Positions 20,076-29,844 of a stretch of 64,000 bases of DNA are shown here, piece after piece. Origin of the DNA: Gammaproteobacteria bacterium (GTDB lineage: Bacteria > Pseudomonadota > Gammaproteobacteria > CBDBNL01 > G965229495). Positions within the stretch are counted from its first letter, which is position 1; every line of letters begins with the position of its first letter. The stretch lies in the NCBI GenBank assembly GCA_965229495.1, contig OZ245880.1, positions 2,141,012 to 2,205,011 of the forward strand, read 5' to 3'. The notes beneath the pieces are model-generated. The model had not been told where the DNA came from. It saw only the letters and a list, made by a program, of their open reading frames with translations, and made no database searches. The position numbers were made by a program, and so were the translations under genes.

Positions 20076-21552
20076 CTTGGGTTACGCGGAGGACTTCGCT
20101 GAGGCTGGTGAGGCCGTCTTGGGCGAGTTGGAAGCCGGTTTGGCGTAGGCTGGGGTTGAGTTTGCGCGCGTGCTCCTCTATGTCGAGTTCGGAGCCGTCT
20201 TCGTGGATGAGTTGGCGGATGTGTTGGTCGACGACTAATAGTTCGTAGATGCCGATGCGGCTAAGGTAGCCGGTTTGGTAGCAATGTTCGCAGCCTTGGG
20301 CTTCGTAGAGCGTTACTTGGCTCTCGGGGTCAAGCCCTAAGGTTTCGAGTTCGCTGCGGCTGGCGATGTAGCCTTTTTTACAATGAGTGCACAGGCGGCG
20401 CACTAAGCGCTGCGCGAGCACGGCTTGGACGGTGGAGGCTATGAGGAAGGATTCGACGCCCATGTCGCGCAGGCGGGTGATGGCGCCGATGGCGGTGTTG
20501 GTGTGTAAGGTCGAGAGCACGAGGTGGCCGGTGAGGCTGGCTTGCACTGAGATCTGCGCGGTTTCGCCATCGCGAATTTCGCCGATCATGACGACATCGG
20601 GGTCCTGGCGCAAGATGGCGCGCAGGCCGCGCGCGAAGTTCATGTTGGCGCGGGTGTTGACTTGCGTTTGCGATATGCCTTCGAAGTAATACTCAATAGG
20701 GTCTTCGACGGTCATGATGTTGAGCCGCTTGGAGTCCATTTCGCTCAAGCAAGCGTAGAGCGTGGTGGTTTTACCCGAGCCGGTGGGGCCAGTTACCAGA
20801 ATGACGCCGTGCGGGCGCGCGATCATCTGCTCGAGCTGCGTTTGCAGATTACTGGGCATGCCCAATTTATCGAGCACCAGGCGCGTGGCTTCTTTATCGA
20901 GCAGGCGCATGACGACGCGCTCGCCGTAAGCCGACGGGATAGTCGAGACGCGCATATCGATGGCACGGCCGCCGATACGCAAGCTGATGCGGCCGTCTTG
21001 CGGTACACGCTTCTCGGCAATGTCGAGCTTCGCCATGATTTTCACCCTTGAGACCATGCCCAGGGTGATCTTGCTGTCGGCGGTGAGGATGGTTTTCAAG
21101 ACGCCGTCGATGCGGAAGCGTACCAGTATCTGGCGCTCGTAGGGCTCCATGTGAATGTCGGACGCCTTTTCGCGCACGGCTTCGAAGAAGATGGCGTTGA
21201 TAAGGCGCGGGATGGGCGCGTTTTCGTTGGTGTCGTCGAGGATGTCGCCGGATTCGTCGACGGCGGCGCTGAGCTCGCTGAGGTCGGCTTGTTCGTCGAA
21301 GCTGAGGTTGCTGAAGACTTCGCTGGAGGAGGAGCCTTTGCCTTCGTAGTGCTTTTGCAGGAGGCTTTCGAAGGCGTCTTCCTCTATCTGCACTAGCGGC
21401 AGGCTGGAGCCGACGTAGCGCTGGATTTCATTGAGGATGGTGGTGGGTAGCTGCTCCTGGAAGAAGAGCTGGTAGTTGTCGCTGTCGATGTCGGTTACGC
21501 AGACGCGGTGGCGGCGCGCGTAGTCGTAGGGTAGGTCGTTGATAACATCCAT
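20071..21552 (-). CDS. gspE: Type II secretion system ATPase GspE
   Basis: 493 aa with N1 domain, Walker A GPTGSGKTT, Asp box, His box and the GspE-specific C-terminal tetracysteine (CTHCK...CEHC) zinc motif. Confidence 0.9.
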   Translation of the reverse strand: MDVINDLPYDYARRHRVCVTDIDSDNYQLFFQEQLPTTILNEIQRYVGSSLPLVQIEEDAFESLLQKHYEGKGSSSSEVFSNLSFDEQADLSELSAAVDESGDILDDTNENAPIPRLINAIFFEAVREKASDIHMEPYERQILVRFRIDGVLKTILTADSKITLGMVSRVKIMAKLDIAEKRVPQDGRISLRIGGRAIDMRVSTIPSAYGERVVMRLLDKEATRLVLDKLGMPSNLQTQLEQMIARPHGVILVTGPTGSGKTTTLYACLSEMDSKRLNIMTVEDPIEYYFEGISQTQVNTRANMNFARGLRAILRQDPDVVMIGEIRDGETAQISVQASLTGHLVLSTLHTNTAIGAITRLRDMGVESFLIASTVQAVLAQRLVRRLCTHCKKGYIASRSELETLGLDPESQVTLYEAQGCEHCYQTGYLSRIGIYELLVVDQHIRQLIHEDGSELDIEEHARKLNPSLRQTGFQLAQDGLTSLSEVLRVTQD

Positions 21553-23639
21553 TAATTGATAGCTTCGAGCAGATTGCTATCGCTGCTGGGGGCGTTGTCG
21601 CCAAAATCGAAGATCAAGGTGCTGCTGTCGAGCTTGCGTAGCACTGGGGCGTCGTCGAGCTTCAGCCAGTTGTCGAGCTCGGTGCGGGCGTTGAGTTGTT
21701 CGAGGCGCATGGCGTTGTATTTGCTATAGCTAAGGCTGGCGACCGAGGCGTCATCTTTAAGTATGCGCGGGCGCATGAACAGCATGAGGTTGGTTTTGTC
21801 GACGTTGTTGCTCTGCGATTTGAAGAGGTTGCCGATTATCGGGATATCGCCGAGTAGGGGGATTTTACGCGAGCTTTCCGATTGATTGTCCTGCATTAAG
21901 CCACCGAGGGCGATTAAACCGCCGTCGCGGACGTTGACGCTGGTTACGATCTTGCGCGTGCTGGTTACGACGTCGACGGCGTCGATGGTGTTGTCGGTAA
22001 CCGAGGAGATTTCCTGCTCCAAATCCATGCGGATCGAGTTGTCGCCGTTGATCTGCGGGAGTATTTTCAAAGCGATGCCGACGTCCTGGCGCTCGATGGT
22101 CTGGAATGGATCGCCGTCGCTGTCGGTGCTGCCGGTTACCACTGGGATGTTGTCGCCGACGACGAATTCGGCTTCCTGGTTGTCTAGGGTTACGATGTAG
22201 GGCGTGGACAGGATGTTGGTGTAGGCGTCGGTGTGTAAGGCTTTGACGAGAAAGCCCCAGCCCGAGCTCAGGTCGCTGCTGGCGCCGCCGATGCCGGTTA
22301 AGATGCCGCTGTTGGAGGCGTCGAGGATCGAGAGCGCGTCGAGGGTGCCGTCTTCGGTGGCGAGGCCGGCGAGGTTGCCGGTGATGTCGGCGGCGTAACC
22401 GCCAGCGGGACCGTAGATTAGCGAGTCGATGCCCAGCGAGCGGGTGATGGTGTTCGAGACTTCGGCGATGATTACTTCGATTACTACCTGCGCGCGCGGT
22501 AGGTCGAGCTGATTGATCAATACCATGACGGCATCGATGTATTCGCGCGGGCCGTTGATTATCAGCGCGTTCAGGTCTTCGTCGGCTTGGATGGTTACCG
22601 GGGCAGCGGCGCTGAGGTTGGTAGACGATGACGATGAGCTGGAGGGGGTGTCGGCGTTTTGGTTTTGCTGCTCGTTGTTACGCTGTTGGCGTTGCGCGGC
22701 TTGCTGGCGGACTTGCTCGGGGGCGTTGGCTGGGATGTTGGGCGCGCCAGACGATGAGCTGGCGCCGCTGATCGCGCCCGGGTTAAAGCCTTCTTCAGAA
22801 ATGATGCTTTCTAGCAGCGGGGCGAGGCGGTCGGCTTTGGCGAATTTCAAGTAGATGACTTTGACATTGCTGCTGCTCGGGAGCTCGACGTCGAGGTCGG
22901 CGATGAGCGCGCGGATGGCGCGGCGGATGTCAACCGGTGCGATAACTATTAACCTATTGGTGCGTTCGTCGACTTGGATGTCGATGTTCTTGAGCTTTTT
23001 GTAACTGGAATAGATCGCCATGACGATGGTTTTGATGTCGCTGGCTTGGGTGTAACGCAGGCCGATGATGTCGAGGTCGTCGGATTCGATGATGTCGACG
23101 CTGGCGATGATTCTTTTCAAACGCTCGATGTTGGCTCGGGTGTCGATGACCAGGATTTTGCTGTTGTTAGCTAGTGGTACCAACTGCGCTTGCTGCGACA
23201 TCAGCGGGCGCACGACGTTGACCACTTGGGTGGTGTCGACGTATTTGAGGGTGATGATTTCGTTGATGATTTCGGCGCTGGCAGCGCTGGGCTGACCCGC
23301 CGGCGCGAAGCTCTGCGCGACCTGCGCTGGCAGGATGCGGATGGCTTGGTCGGAGGGTACGGCGGTGTAACCGTAAACGTGCAAGATGGTGAGCAGGATG
23401 TCGTAAAGCGAGTTGGCGCCGACCGGTTCGGAGGCGATGAGGGTTACGCTACCACGGACTCGGGGGTCGATGAGGAAGTTTTTGCCGACCAGGCGCGCTA
23501 CGCTTTCGATTACTAGCACGAGGTCGACATTGCGGAAGTTGACCGAGAATAATTCTTCCTCGTCGCCGTCGTTGGCTTGCGCCAGGCTTAGGCTGAAGGT
23601 AAGCAGTAGTAGCAGCGTCAGCTTCGATATGTGCTTCAT
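21552..23639 (-). CDS. gspD: Type II secretion system secretin GspD
   Basis: Signal peptide, N0/N1-type domains (VNFRNVDLVLVIESVARLVGKNFLIDPRVRGSVTL) and a C-terminal secretin domain. Includes a Ser/Gln/Asn-rich low-complexity insert. ATG at 23639 overlaps the gspC stop (ATGA). Confidence 0.9.
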   Translation of the reverse strand: MKHISKLTLLLLLTFSLSLAQANDGDEEELFSVNFRNVDLVLVIESVARLVGKNFLIDPRVRGSVTLIASEPVGANSLYDILLTILHVYGYTAVPSDQAIRILPAQVAQSFAPAGQPSAASAEIINEIITLKYVDTTQVVNVVRPLMSQQAQLVPLANNSKILVIDTRANIERLKRIIASVDIIESDDLDIIGLRYTQASDIKTIVMAIYSSYKKLKNIDIQVDERTNRLIVIAPVDIRRAIRALIADLDVELPSSSNVKVIYLKFAKADRLAPLLESIISEEGFNPGAISGASSSSGAPNIPANAPEQVRQQAAQRQQRNNEQQNQNADTPSSSSSSSTNLSAAAPVTIQADEDLNALIINGPREYIDAVMVLINQLDLPRAQVVIEVIIAEVSNTITRSLGIDSLIYGPAGGYAADITGNLAGLATEDGTLDALSILDASNSGILTGIGGASSDLSSGWGFLVKALHTDAYTNILSTPYIVTLDNQEAEFVVGDNIPVVTGSTDSDGDPFQTIERQDVGIALKILPQINGDNSIRMDLEQEISSVTDNTIDAVDVVTSTRKIVTSVNVRDGGLIALGGLMQDNQSESSRKIPLLGDIPIIGNLFKSQSNNVDKTNLMLFMRPRILKDDASVASLSYSKYNAMRLEQLNARTELDNWLKLDDAPVLRKLDSSTLIFDFGDNAPSSDSNLLEAIN

Positions 23640-24589
23640 CACCAATTGATAGTAACGGTTTCGCTAACGCCGTCGCGCGTTAGCTCGATGTTGTAGGTGT
23701 CAGCGTTCAGTAATCCAGCCCAGAGCGCTGGCTGTGTAAGTAAGTCTTGGATGCTGTGGCCGTTGACGGCGGTGATGATGTCGCCGCTGCTAAAGCCCAG
23801 GCTGTTGAACAAGGCTTGGTTGACCCGTGGCTGCACGCGCATTCCGGATAGTTCGCCATCTTTCCGCACTTGCGAGAAGCGCACCATGTTGGCGACTTTC
23901 ACCGGCTCGGTGCGTAGCATTTTCTTGATCTCCAAGAGCTCGTTGGAGACTGTGCCTGGTAAGCTCGATAGGGGTTCGGTTGGGGCGGCTGCGACGTTGA
24001 CGTTGTCGGCAGTGCTCGGGGCGGGGGCGTTGGTGGGGGTGATCACCGAGCCGGCGTTGTCGTCGGTTTCTTCGGGGTTATAAGGCTTGATCGCGCCGCC
24101 GCCGAGGTTGAATTCGACCAAGCGCTCGGCTTCGCCTTCGGCGAGCAGGACGCCGTCGAGTTGCACTTGTTTTAAGTAAATATCGTTTTTCACCGTTTCA
24201 CCCACCAGGTAGGTTTGGGTGTTACCATCGACGCTCATGATGGCGATGGCTCTCTCGCCGCGACCCATTAAGCCAACGAGGCGGACGTTCAAGCGTTCGA
24301 GTTCGTTACTTCTTTTTACCGGCTCAGGCTCGGGTTCGGGCTCGGGTTGTGCTACTGGTTCGGCGCGGCGCGGTGGGCTGATGACGTTGTACTTGTCGAT
24401 CCAATTCCAGCTATTCAAGGGTGGGAGTTCGCGCGTGCTCGCCGGTGGTCGGAACACCGATGGTGCTTCAGCGACTTCGGGAAGCCAGTACTCGTCGACC
24501 AGCACCCAACTGAAGTGCGCGCCCACCACTGCGAAAGTGACGAGGGCAGAAAAGGATAAATAAGCACTCAGGCGCTCGAATAGCAGCAT
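23639..24589 (-). CDS. gspC: Type II secretion system protein GspC (PDZ-containing)
   Basis: N-terminal TM anchor, Pro/Glu-rich linker (PEPEPEPEP) and C-terminal PDZ-like domain. First in the gspC-D-E order. Confidence 0.75.
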   Translation of the reverse strand: MLLFERLSAYLSFSALVTFAVVGAHFSWVLVDEYWLPEVAEAPSVFRPPASTRELPPLNSWNWIDKYNVISPPRRAEPVAQPEPEPEPEPVKRSNELERLNVRLVGLMGRGERAIAIMSVDGNTQTYLVGETVKNDIYLKQVQLDGVLLAEGEAERLVEFNLGGGAIKPYNPEETDDNAGSVITPTNAPAPSTADNVNVAAAPTEPLSSLPGTVSNELLEIKKMLRTEPVKVANMVRFSQVRKDGELSGMRVQPRVNQALFNSLGFSSGDIITAVNGHSIQDLLTQPALWAGLLNADTYNIELTRDGVSETVTINW

Positions 24590-24847
24590 CGACTTTTGGG
24601 CGTTAGATTTTCTAATGCTCGCGAGTTTAAGATTGCCCTATGAGGCATTTATGATAAAGACGACATTGCTTGACAGAGCCGAACCGCCGATATTGGGCTT
24701 GGGTGGCGGTGATTGAGCTTGCTCTTGACCATGAATTTAATCGCTACGCTAGGTCGCCGACTAGTAGCAACTTCGCGGCTAAAATAGCGCTGTTGGCGAC
24801 AGAGGCGGAGTCATAACACTTAGCCATCTATAAAAAATAATTATTGA

Positions 24848-24995
24848 AGAGACCTTTGCAAAAAGGCATCTTTTTGCCCCCAGCGTTGTTCGCAAATGCT
24901 CATTTACTATTGAATAAACTGCGCTTTGCTGCCTAGCTGGGAACAAAAATCTCCGTTTTTTGCACGCGGTCTCAAGTTGTGCAAAACTCTCATTG
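24848..24995 (+). promoter_or_regulatory. Conserved ~145-bp regulatory module, copy A (upstream of the oxidoreductase operon)
   Basis: About 95% identical to the reverse complement of 51786-51929. Contains palindromes GCAAAAAG-N4-CTTTTTGC and TTGCA-N15-TGCAA. Ends 13 nt before the ATG at 25009. Confidence 0.7.
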
Positions 24996-25008
24996 AAATC
25001 AATTAATA

Positions 25009-26115
25009 ATGAAGATAGGTTTAATCGGCTCGGGTTTTATGGGTCAAGCGCACGCCTTCGGTTTTGTAACCGCCGAGCGCGTCTTTGAGCTCGCGGATAA
25101 GCTGGAGATGGCGATGCTCGCCGATGCCAACGCCGAGCTCGCGGCAGCGGCGGCGCAACGCTGGGGCTTTGCTCAATCTACTGGCGATTGGCGCGAGCTG
25201 GTGGCAAGCGCTGATATTGATGTAGTCGACATCACCGCGCCCAACGCTTTACATAAAGAGATCGCGCTCGCGGCTATAGCTGCGGGGAAGCACGTGTACT
25301 GCGAAAAACCACTCGCGCCGACAGCCGCCGACGCCCTAGCGATGGCTGAGACCGCTGAGGCCGCTGGAGTTAAAACCCAAGTCGGCTTCAATTATTTGAT
25401 GAACCCGATGCTGCAGTACGCGCGGCAGATGATCGCTGCTGGTGAGCTCGGCGAGATTTACAGCTATCGCGGCGTGCACGCCGAAGACTATATGGCAGAC
25501 CCGCAAGCGCCCATCAGCTTTCGCCACGACCCAGTGGGTGGTGGTGTGCTCGCAGACTTGGGTAGCCACGCGCTCGCCACTGCCGAATTCCTGCTCGGTC
25601 CCATAACCAGAGTGCTGGGCAATTGCAGCAACATCATCGCGCGGCGACCTAACCCGAGCACTGGCGCCGAGCAGGCGGTAAACGTCGACGATTTGAGTCA
25701 AGTCCTGCTGCAGTTCAAGAACGGCGCTCGTGGCAGCGTCGAGGCCAATTGGTGCGCAACTGGTCGCCAGATGCAACACGACTTTGAGGTTTACGGTAGC
25801 CGTGGCGCGCTGCTGTTCAGCCAGGAACGCTTCAACGAATTACATTTTTATAGCGCCGAGGACACCGCCGCGCAGCGTGGCTTTCGCCGCATAGAGGCTA
25901 GCCCGGCGCATCCGCCTTACGGTCGTTTCTGCGTTGCCCCCGCGCACCAAATTGGCTTCAACGACCTCAAAGCCATCGAGATCGCTGGCTTCATAAACGC
26001 CATTGCTGGCACAACACCCGAACCCTTCAACTTCCGCGCTGGCTATAGAATCCAGCACTTGGTAGAGAGCATCCAGCGATCCAGCCAGGAACAGCGTTGG
26101 CTGAGTGTCGAGTGA
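25009..26115 (+). CDS. Gfo/Idh/MocA-family NAD(P)-dependent oxidoreductase
   Basis: N-terminal Rossmann GxGxxG (MKIGLIGSGFMGQAH) and EKP motif (HVYCEKPLA) characteristic of the family. Confidence 0.85.
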   Translation: MKIGLIGSGFMGQAHAFGFVTAERVFELADKLEMAMLADANAELAAAAAQRWGFAQSTGDWRELVASADIDVVDITAPNALHKEIALAAIAAGKHVYCEKPLAPTAADALAMAETAEAAGVKTQVGFNYLMNPMLQYARQMIAAGELGEIYSYRGVHAEDYMADPQAPISFRHDPVGGGVLADLGSHALATAEFLLGPITRVLGNCSNIIARRPNPSTGAEQAVNVDDLSQVLLQFKNGARGSVEANWCATGRQMQHDFEVYGSRGALLFSQERFNELHFYSAEDTAAQRGFRRIEASPAHPPYGRFCVAPAHQIGFNDLKAIEIAGFINAIAGTTPEPFNFRAGYRIQHLVESIQRSSQEQRWLSVE

Positions 26116-26190
26116 ATATGGAACGCAGGTGTCTCGTCCGCCTTGTAAACAGCGACCAAACTCGGTCTGACAAAGTCGCATGACTAGCCA

Positions 26191-27501
26191 ATGACGCCAG
26201 CGAGTTTGTCTCTGGGTATCGACGTCGGCACTTCCGGTGTGCGCGCGATGGTAATAGACGCGCGCGGCGAAGTTGTCAGCAGCAGTCGGGCTCAACTACC
26301 GAGCCCAGACGATGGCAGGCAAGACGCCGAGCTTTGGTGGCTAGCGCTGCAAGATTGCCTTGGAGCTTTGAGCTCGGACGCGCGCGCGCGGCTCGATACT
26401 CTGGCGATTTCTGGCACTTCGGGCACCTTGCTGTTGGCCGATTCCGAATTACAAGCTGTGGCACTAGCTTGCATGTACAACAGCGCTGGCTTTAGCGCCG
26501 AGGCGGAATTGATCGCGCGTAAAGCACCGAGCGCCGCTGTTGATAATGGCAGCAACTCCGCCTTAGCGCGATTGCTACACTTGCAACGCCAAAACGCCAG
26601 CAAAGGCGCGCACGGCTGCTACGCCCAAGCGCATTGGTTAGCGAGCAAGCTGGCGCGTGCGCGCTTGGCTTGCGATGCTAACAATATGCTCAAGCTCGGC
26701 TACAACCCGACGGTCAACGCTTGGCCAGATTACTACGCTGAGCTCGGGGTCGCCGAATTATTGCCCGAGGTCGTGGCGCCAGGCGCGGTCATCGGGAGAG
26801 TACATCCGGAAGTAGCCCGCAGCTTGGGCTTGAACCCTGGCTGCCGTATTTGCGCTGGCACTACCGACAGCGTCGCCGCCTTCATCGCCACTGGCGCTTC
26901 CGAGGTCGGCGCGGCGGTAAGCTCGATCGGCACCACCATCGCCTTGAAAATAATCGGCGAGCGACCAGTAAACTCGAGCCCACACGGGGTTTATAGTCAC
27001 TGGTTGTACGGTCAGTGGCTCGTCAGCGGCGCTTCTAATGCTGGCGCTGGCGTCTTGCGGCATTACTTTAACGACCAGCAATTGCGCGAACTGAGCGCGC
27101 GCATTGACCCCGAGCTCGACTGCGACCTTGGTTACTATCCATTGTTACGCGCTGGCGAGCGTTTTCCAGTCAACGACCCGGAACTCGCGCCGAACTTGGA
27201 GCCGCGTCCGCAATCCGACGTCGAATTTTTGCACGCCATATTCAGCGCCCTAGCGCGAGTAGAGGCTCAAGGCTACACCACCCTGCAGCGCTTGGGAGCG
27301 CCCAAGCCCAAGTACATCTACAGTTGCGGCGGCGCCAGCGCCAACCCAACCTACACCCGCATCCGCGCCCGTAGCCTCAATATCGAACTCCGCGCACCGC
27401 AACACTCCGAAGCCGCTTACGGCTCGGCTTTGTTGGCGTTAAGAACTATCCCTACGCCTTCTCAAAATATCTCCAGAGCGAGATCGGCGAAGCAAAAATG
27501 A
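26191..27501 (+). CDS. FGGY-family carbohydrate kinase
   Basis: N-terminal LGIDVGTSGVRA sugar-kinase/actin-fold phosphate-1 motif. 436 aa, two-domain FGGY architecture. Confidence 0.8.
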   Translation: MTPASLSLGIDVGTSGVRAMVIDARGEVVSSSRAQLPSPDDGRQDAELWWLALQDCLGALSSDARARLDTLAISGTSGTLLLADSELQAVALACMYNSAGFSAEAELIARKAPSAAVDNGSNSALARLLHLQRQNASKGAHGCYAQAHWLASKLARARLACDANNMLKLGYNPTVNAWPDYYAELGVAELLPEVVAPGAVIGRVHPEVARSLGLNPGCRICAGTTDSVAAFIATGASEVGAAVSSIGTTIALKIIGERPVNSSPHGVYSHWLYGQWLVSGASNAGAGVLRHYFNDQQLRELSARIDPELDCDLGYYPLLRAGERFPVNDPELAPNLEPRPQSDVEFLHAIFSALARVEAQGYTTLQRLGAPKPKYIYSCGGASANPTYTRIRARSLNIELRAPQHSEAAYGSALLALRTIPTPSQNISRARSAKQK

Positions 27502-27527
27502 TCTGTGCAGAAGTCTCTTAACCACCC

Positions 27528-28961
27528 ATGCCCCCACCCAATCTAATCATAATAATGTCCGACGAGCACCAGGCTCGCGCCTTGGGTTGCGCTGGTCATG
27601 CTCTGGTGCAAACGCCAAACCTCGACACCCTAGCCGCGCGCGGCACCCGCTGCACGCAAGCCTACACTCCCAGTCCCATCTGCGTCCCCGCGCGCGCCAG
27701 CTTCGCCACCGGCCGCTACCCGCACCAAACTCGCCTCTGGGATAACGCCATGCCCTACGACGGCAGCATCCCCGGTTGGGGACACGTCTTACAGTCCCAA
27801 GGCATAAAAGTCGAAAGCATTGGCAAATTGCACTACCGCTCCGAGCACGACCCCGCTGGCTTTGACGTTGAACACTTACCGATGATGGTAGCTGGCAACG
27901 TCGGCATGGTCTGGGCCAGCATCCGCAAAGAAGACGAACGCATCGTCGGCCCGAAACGTATGCTTGGCGACTACATCGGCCCTGGCAGCAGCACCTACAC
28001 TGATTACGATCAAGCCGTAGTCGAGCGCAGCCGCGCCTGGCTCGCCGAGCACGCCCACGACTCCCAGCCTTGGTGTCTGTACATCGGGCTGGTAGCGCCG
28101 CATTTCCCGCTAGTCGTGCCGCAGCCTTACTTCGATCTCTATCCCGAACACAGCCTCCCCGCAGTCAAGCTCCACCCCGCCCAAGGCCACGCGCGCCATC
28201 CTTGGGTCGAAAAGCAAAACGCCTTCATGGATAGTGAAGCCCTATTCACCGACGCTGCCGAAAGGTCGCGCGCCATGTCGGCCTACTACGGCCTCTGCAC
28301 CTGGCTCGACCACAACGTTGGTCAAATCCTAGCCGTCCTCGAAGACCACGGACTCAGCGACCGCACCACCGTCGTCTACACCTCCGACCACGGCGACAAC
28401 CTCGGCGCGCGCGGGCTCTGGGGCAAATCGAATATGTACGAAGAAAGCGTCGCCGTGCCCATGATCATCGCCGGCCCCGACATCCCCACCGGCGTCTGCA
28501 GCACCCCAGTCAGCCTGCTCGACTTATCGCTCACTATCACCCGTCACTTCGGCGCCGACCTCGCAGCCGCAGCGGACACCCGCGACCTGCGCTCGCTCAT
28601 CGCCAGCGCACCCGAACCTGACCGCGTCATATTCTCCGAATACCACGCCGCTGGCGCCGTCTCTGGTGCCTTCATGCTGCGCAAAGGCCGCTGTAAACTC
28701 ATCCATTATGTTGGCTTTGCCGACGAACTCTTCGACCTCGACAATGACCCCGAAGAACTCCATAACCTCGCTCCCCAACCAGAACTAGCCAACGTCCGCC
28801 AAGACCTCCACGCCGAGCTCCGCCGTATCTGCAACCCAGAGCGCATCAACGACCAAGCCTTCGCCGACCAAGCCGCCCTCATCGAGCGCCACGGCGGGCG
28901 AGACGCCGCCCTCAAGCTCGGCGCACCAGGCGCCACACCTGCTCCAAAACTAAAGCCATGA
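27528..28961 (+). CDS. Sulfatase (formylglycine-dependent arylsulfatase family)
   Basis: IIMSDEH metal site and the sulfatase signature C-V-P-A-R (SPICVPARASFATGRY) for the formylglycine modification. Confidence 0.85.
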   Translation: MPPPNLIIIMSDEHQARALGCAGHALVQTPNLDTLAARGTRCTQAYTPSPICVPARASFATGRYPHQTRLWDNAMPYDGSIPGWGHVLQSQGIKVESIGKLHYRSEHDPAGFDVEHLPMMVAGNVGMVWASIRKEDERIVGPKRMLGDYIGPGSSTYTDYDQAVVERSRAWLAEHAHDSQPWCLYIGLVAPHFPLVVPQPYFDLYPEHSLPAVKLHPAQGHARHPWVEKQNAFMDSEALFTDAAERSRAMSAYYGLCTWLDHNVGQILAVLEDHGLSDRTTVVYTSDHGDNLGARGLWGKSNMYEESVAVPMIIAGPDIPTGVCSTPVSLLDLSLTITRHFGADLAAAADTRDLRSLIASAPEPDRVIFSEYHAAGAVSGAFMLRKGRCKLIHYVGFADELFDLDNDPEELHNLAPQPELANVRQDLHAELRRICNPERINDQAFADQAALIERHGGRDAALKLGAPGATPAPKLKP

Positions 28962-29806
28962 AGCTCACCATTCTCGGCTCCGGCTCCCCCGAAGCCTACG
29001 CCCGCCGCGCCTCCAGCGGCTACCTCGTCAGCGTCGGCTCTGAGCGCATCCTGTTCGATTGCGGCGGCGGCGTTTTCGATAACCTGCTGCGCGCTGGCCT
29101 CGCCCCCTCGAACATAACCCACCTGGTCTTCAGCCACCTACACTCCGACCACATGCTCGACTACCCGCGACTGGTGCACGCCGCCTGGGACGAAGGCGCC
29201 CCGCCGCTCAAAGTCTACGGCCCCGCGCCTATAGCGCAAATCACCGACGCTTACTTCTCCAAACACGGCGTCCTCGCGCACGATCTGCGCGCGCGCACCG
29301 AGCTCGCGCCCAGTCAGGAAGTATGGCTGCAGCGCGGCGGCTCGCTGCCACGCCCGTGGCCGCAGACGCAAGTAAGCGAAATCGCCGCTGGCGATACCAT
29401 AAACGGCGACGGCTGGAGCATCCAATCCTGCCGAGCGCCGCACGCCCAGCCATTGCTCGAATGCCTGGCCTTCGCCATTGAAGCCCAAGGTAAAAAGTTA
29501 GTCTATTCGGGCGACGCTGGCCTCTGCTGGCAAATCGAAGAGCTGGCGCACAACGCCGACCTGCTATTACACTGGTGCTATCGGCTCGACGGCGAGCCAG
29601 CCTCCGAAGCCATGGCCGCCATGACGCCAACCCCCAGCCAAATCGGCGCGCTCGCCCGCCGCGCTGGAGTGCGCGCGCTCGTCCTCACCCACTTCCGCAA
29701 ACACATGGACACCCCCGCCAACCACACCGCCGCCCAACAAAACGCTACCACCGCCTTCGGCCACCCAGTCGCCATCGCTGAAGACCTGCAAAGCATCGAA
29801 CTCTGA
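28958..29806 (+). CDS. MBL-fold metallo-hydrolase (RNase Z-like subfamily)
   Basis: HLHSDH motif. ATGA overlap with the sulfatase gene implies coupling. 282 aa. Confidence 0.75.
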   Translation: MKLTILGSGSPEAYARRASSGYLVSVGSERILFDCGGGVFDNLLRAGLAPSNITHLVFSHLHSDHMLDYPRLVHAAWDEGAPPLKVYGPAPIAQITDAYFSKHGVLAHDLRARTELAPSQEVWLQRGGSLPRPWPQTQVSEIAAGDTINGDGWSIQSCRAPHAQPLLECLAFAIEAQGKKLVYSGDAGLCWQIEELAHNADLLLHWCYRLDGEPASEAMAAMTPTPSQIGALARRAGVRALVLTHFRKHMDTPANHTAAQQNATTAFGHPVAIAEDLQSIEL

Positions 29807-29844
29807 CAGGCATCAGCAAATCTACACGCGCAACAATAATTCTC

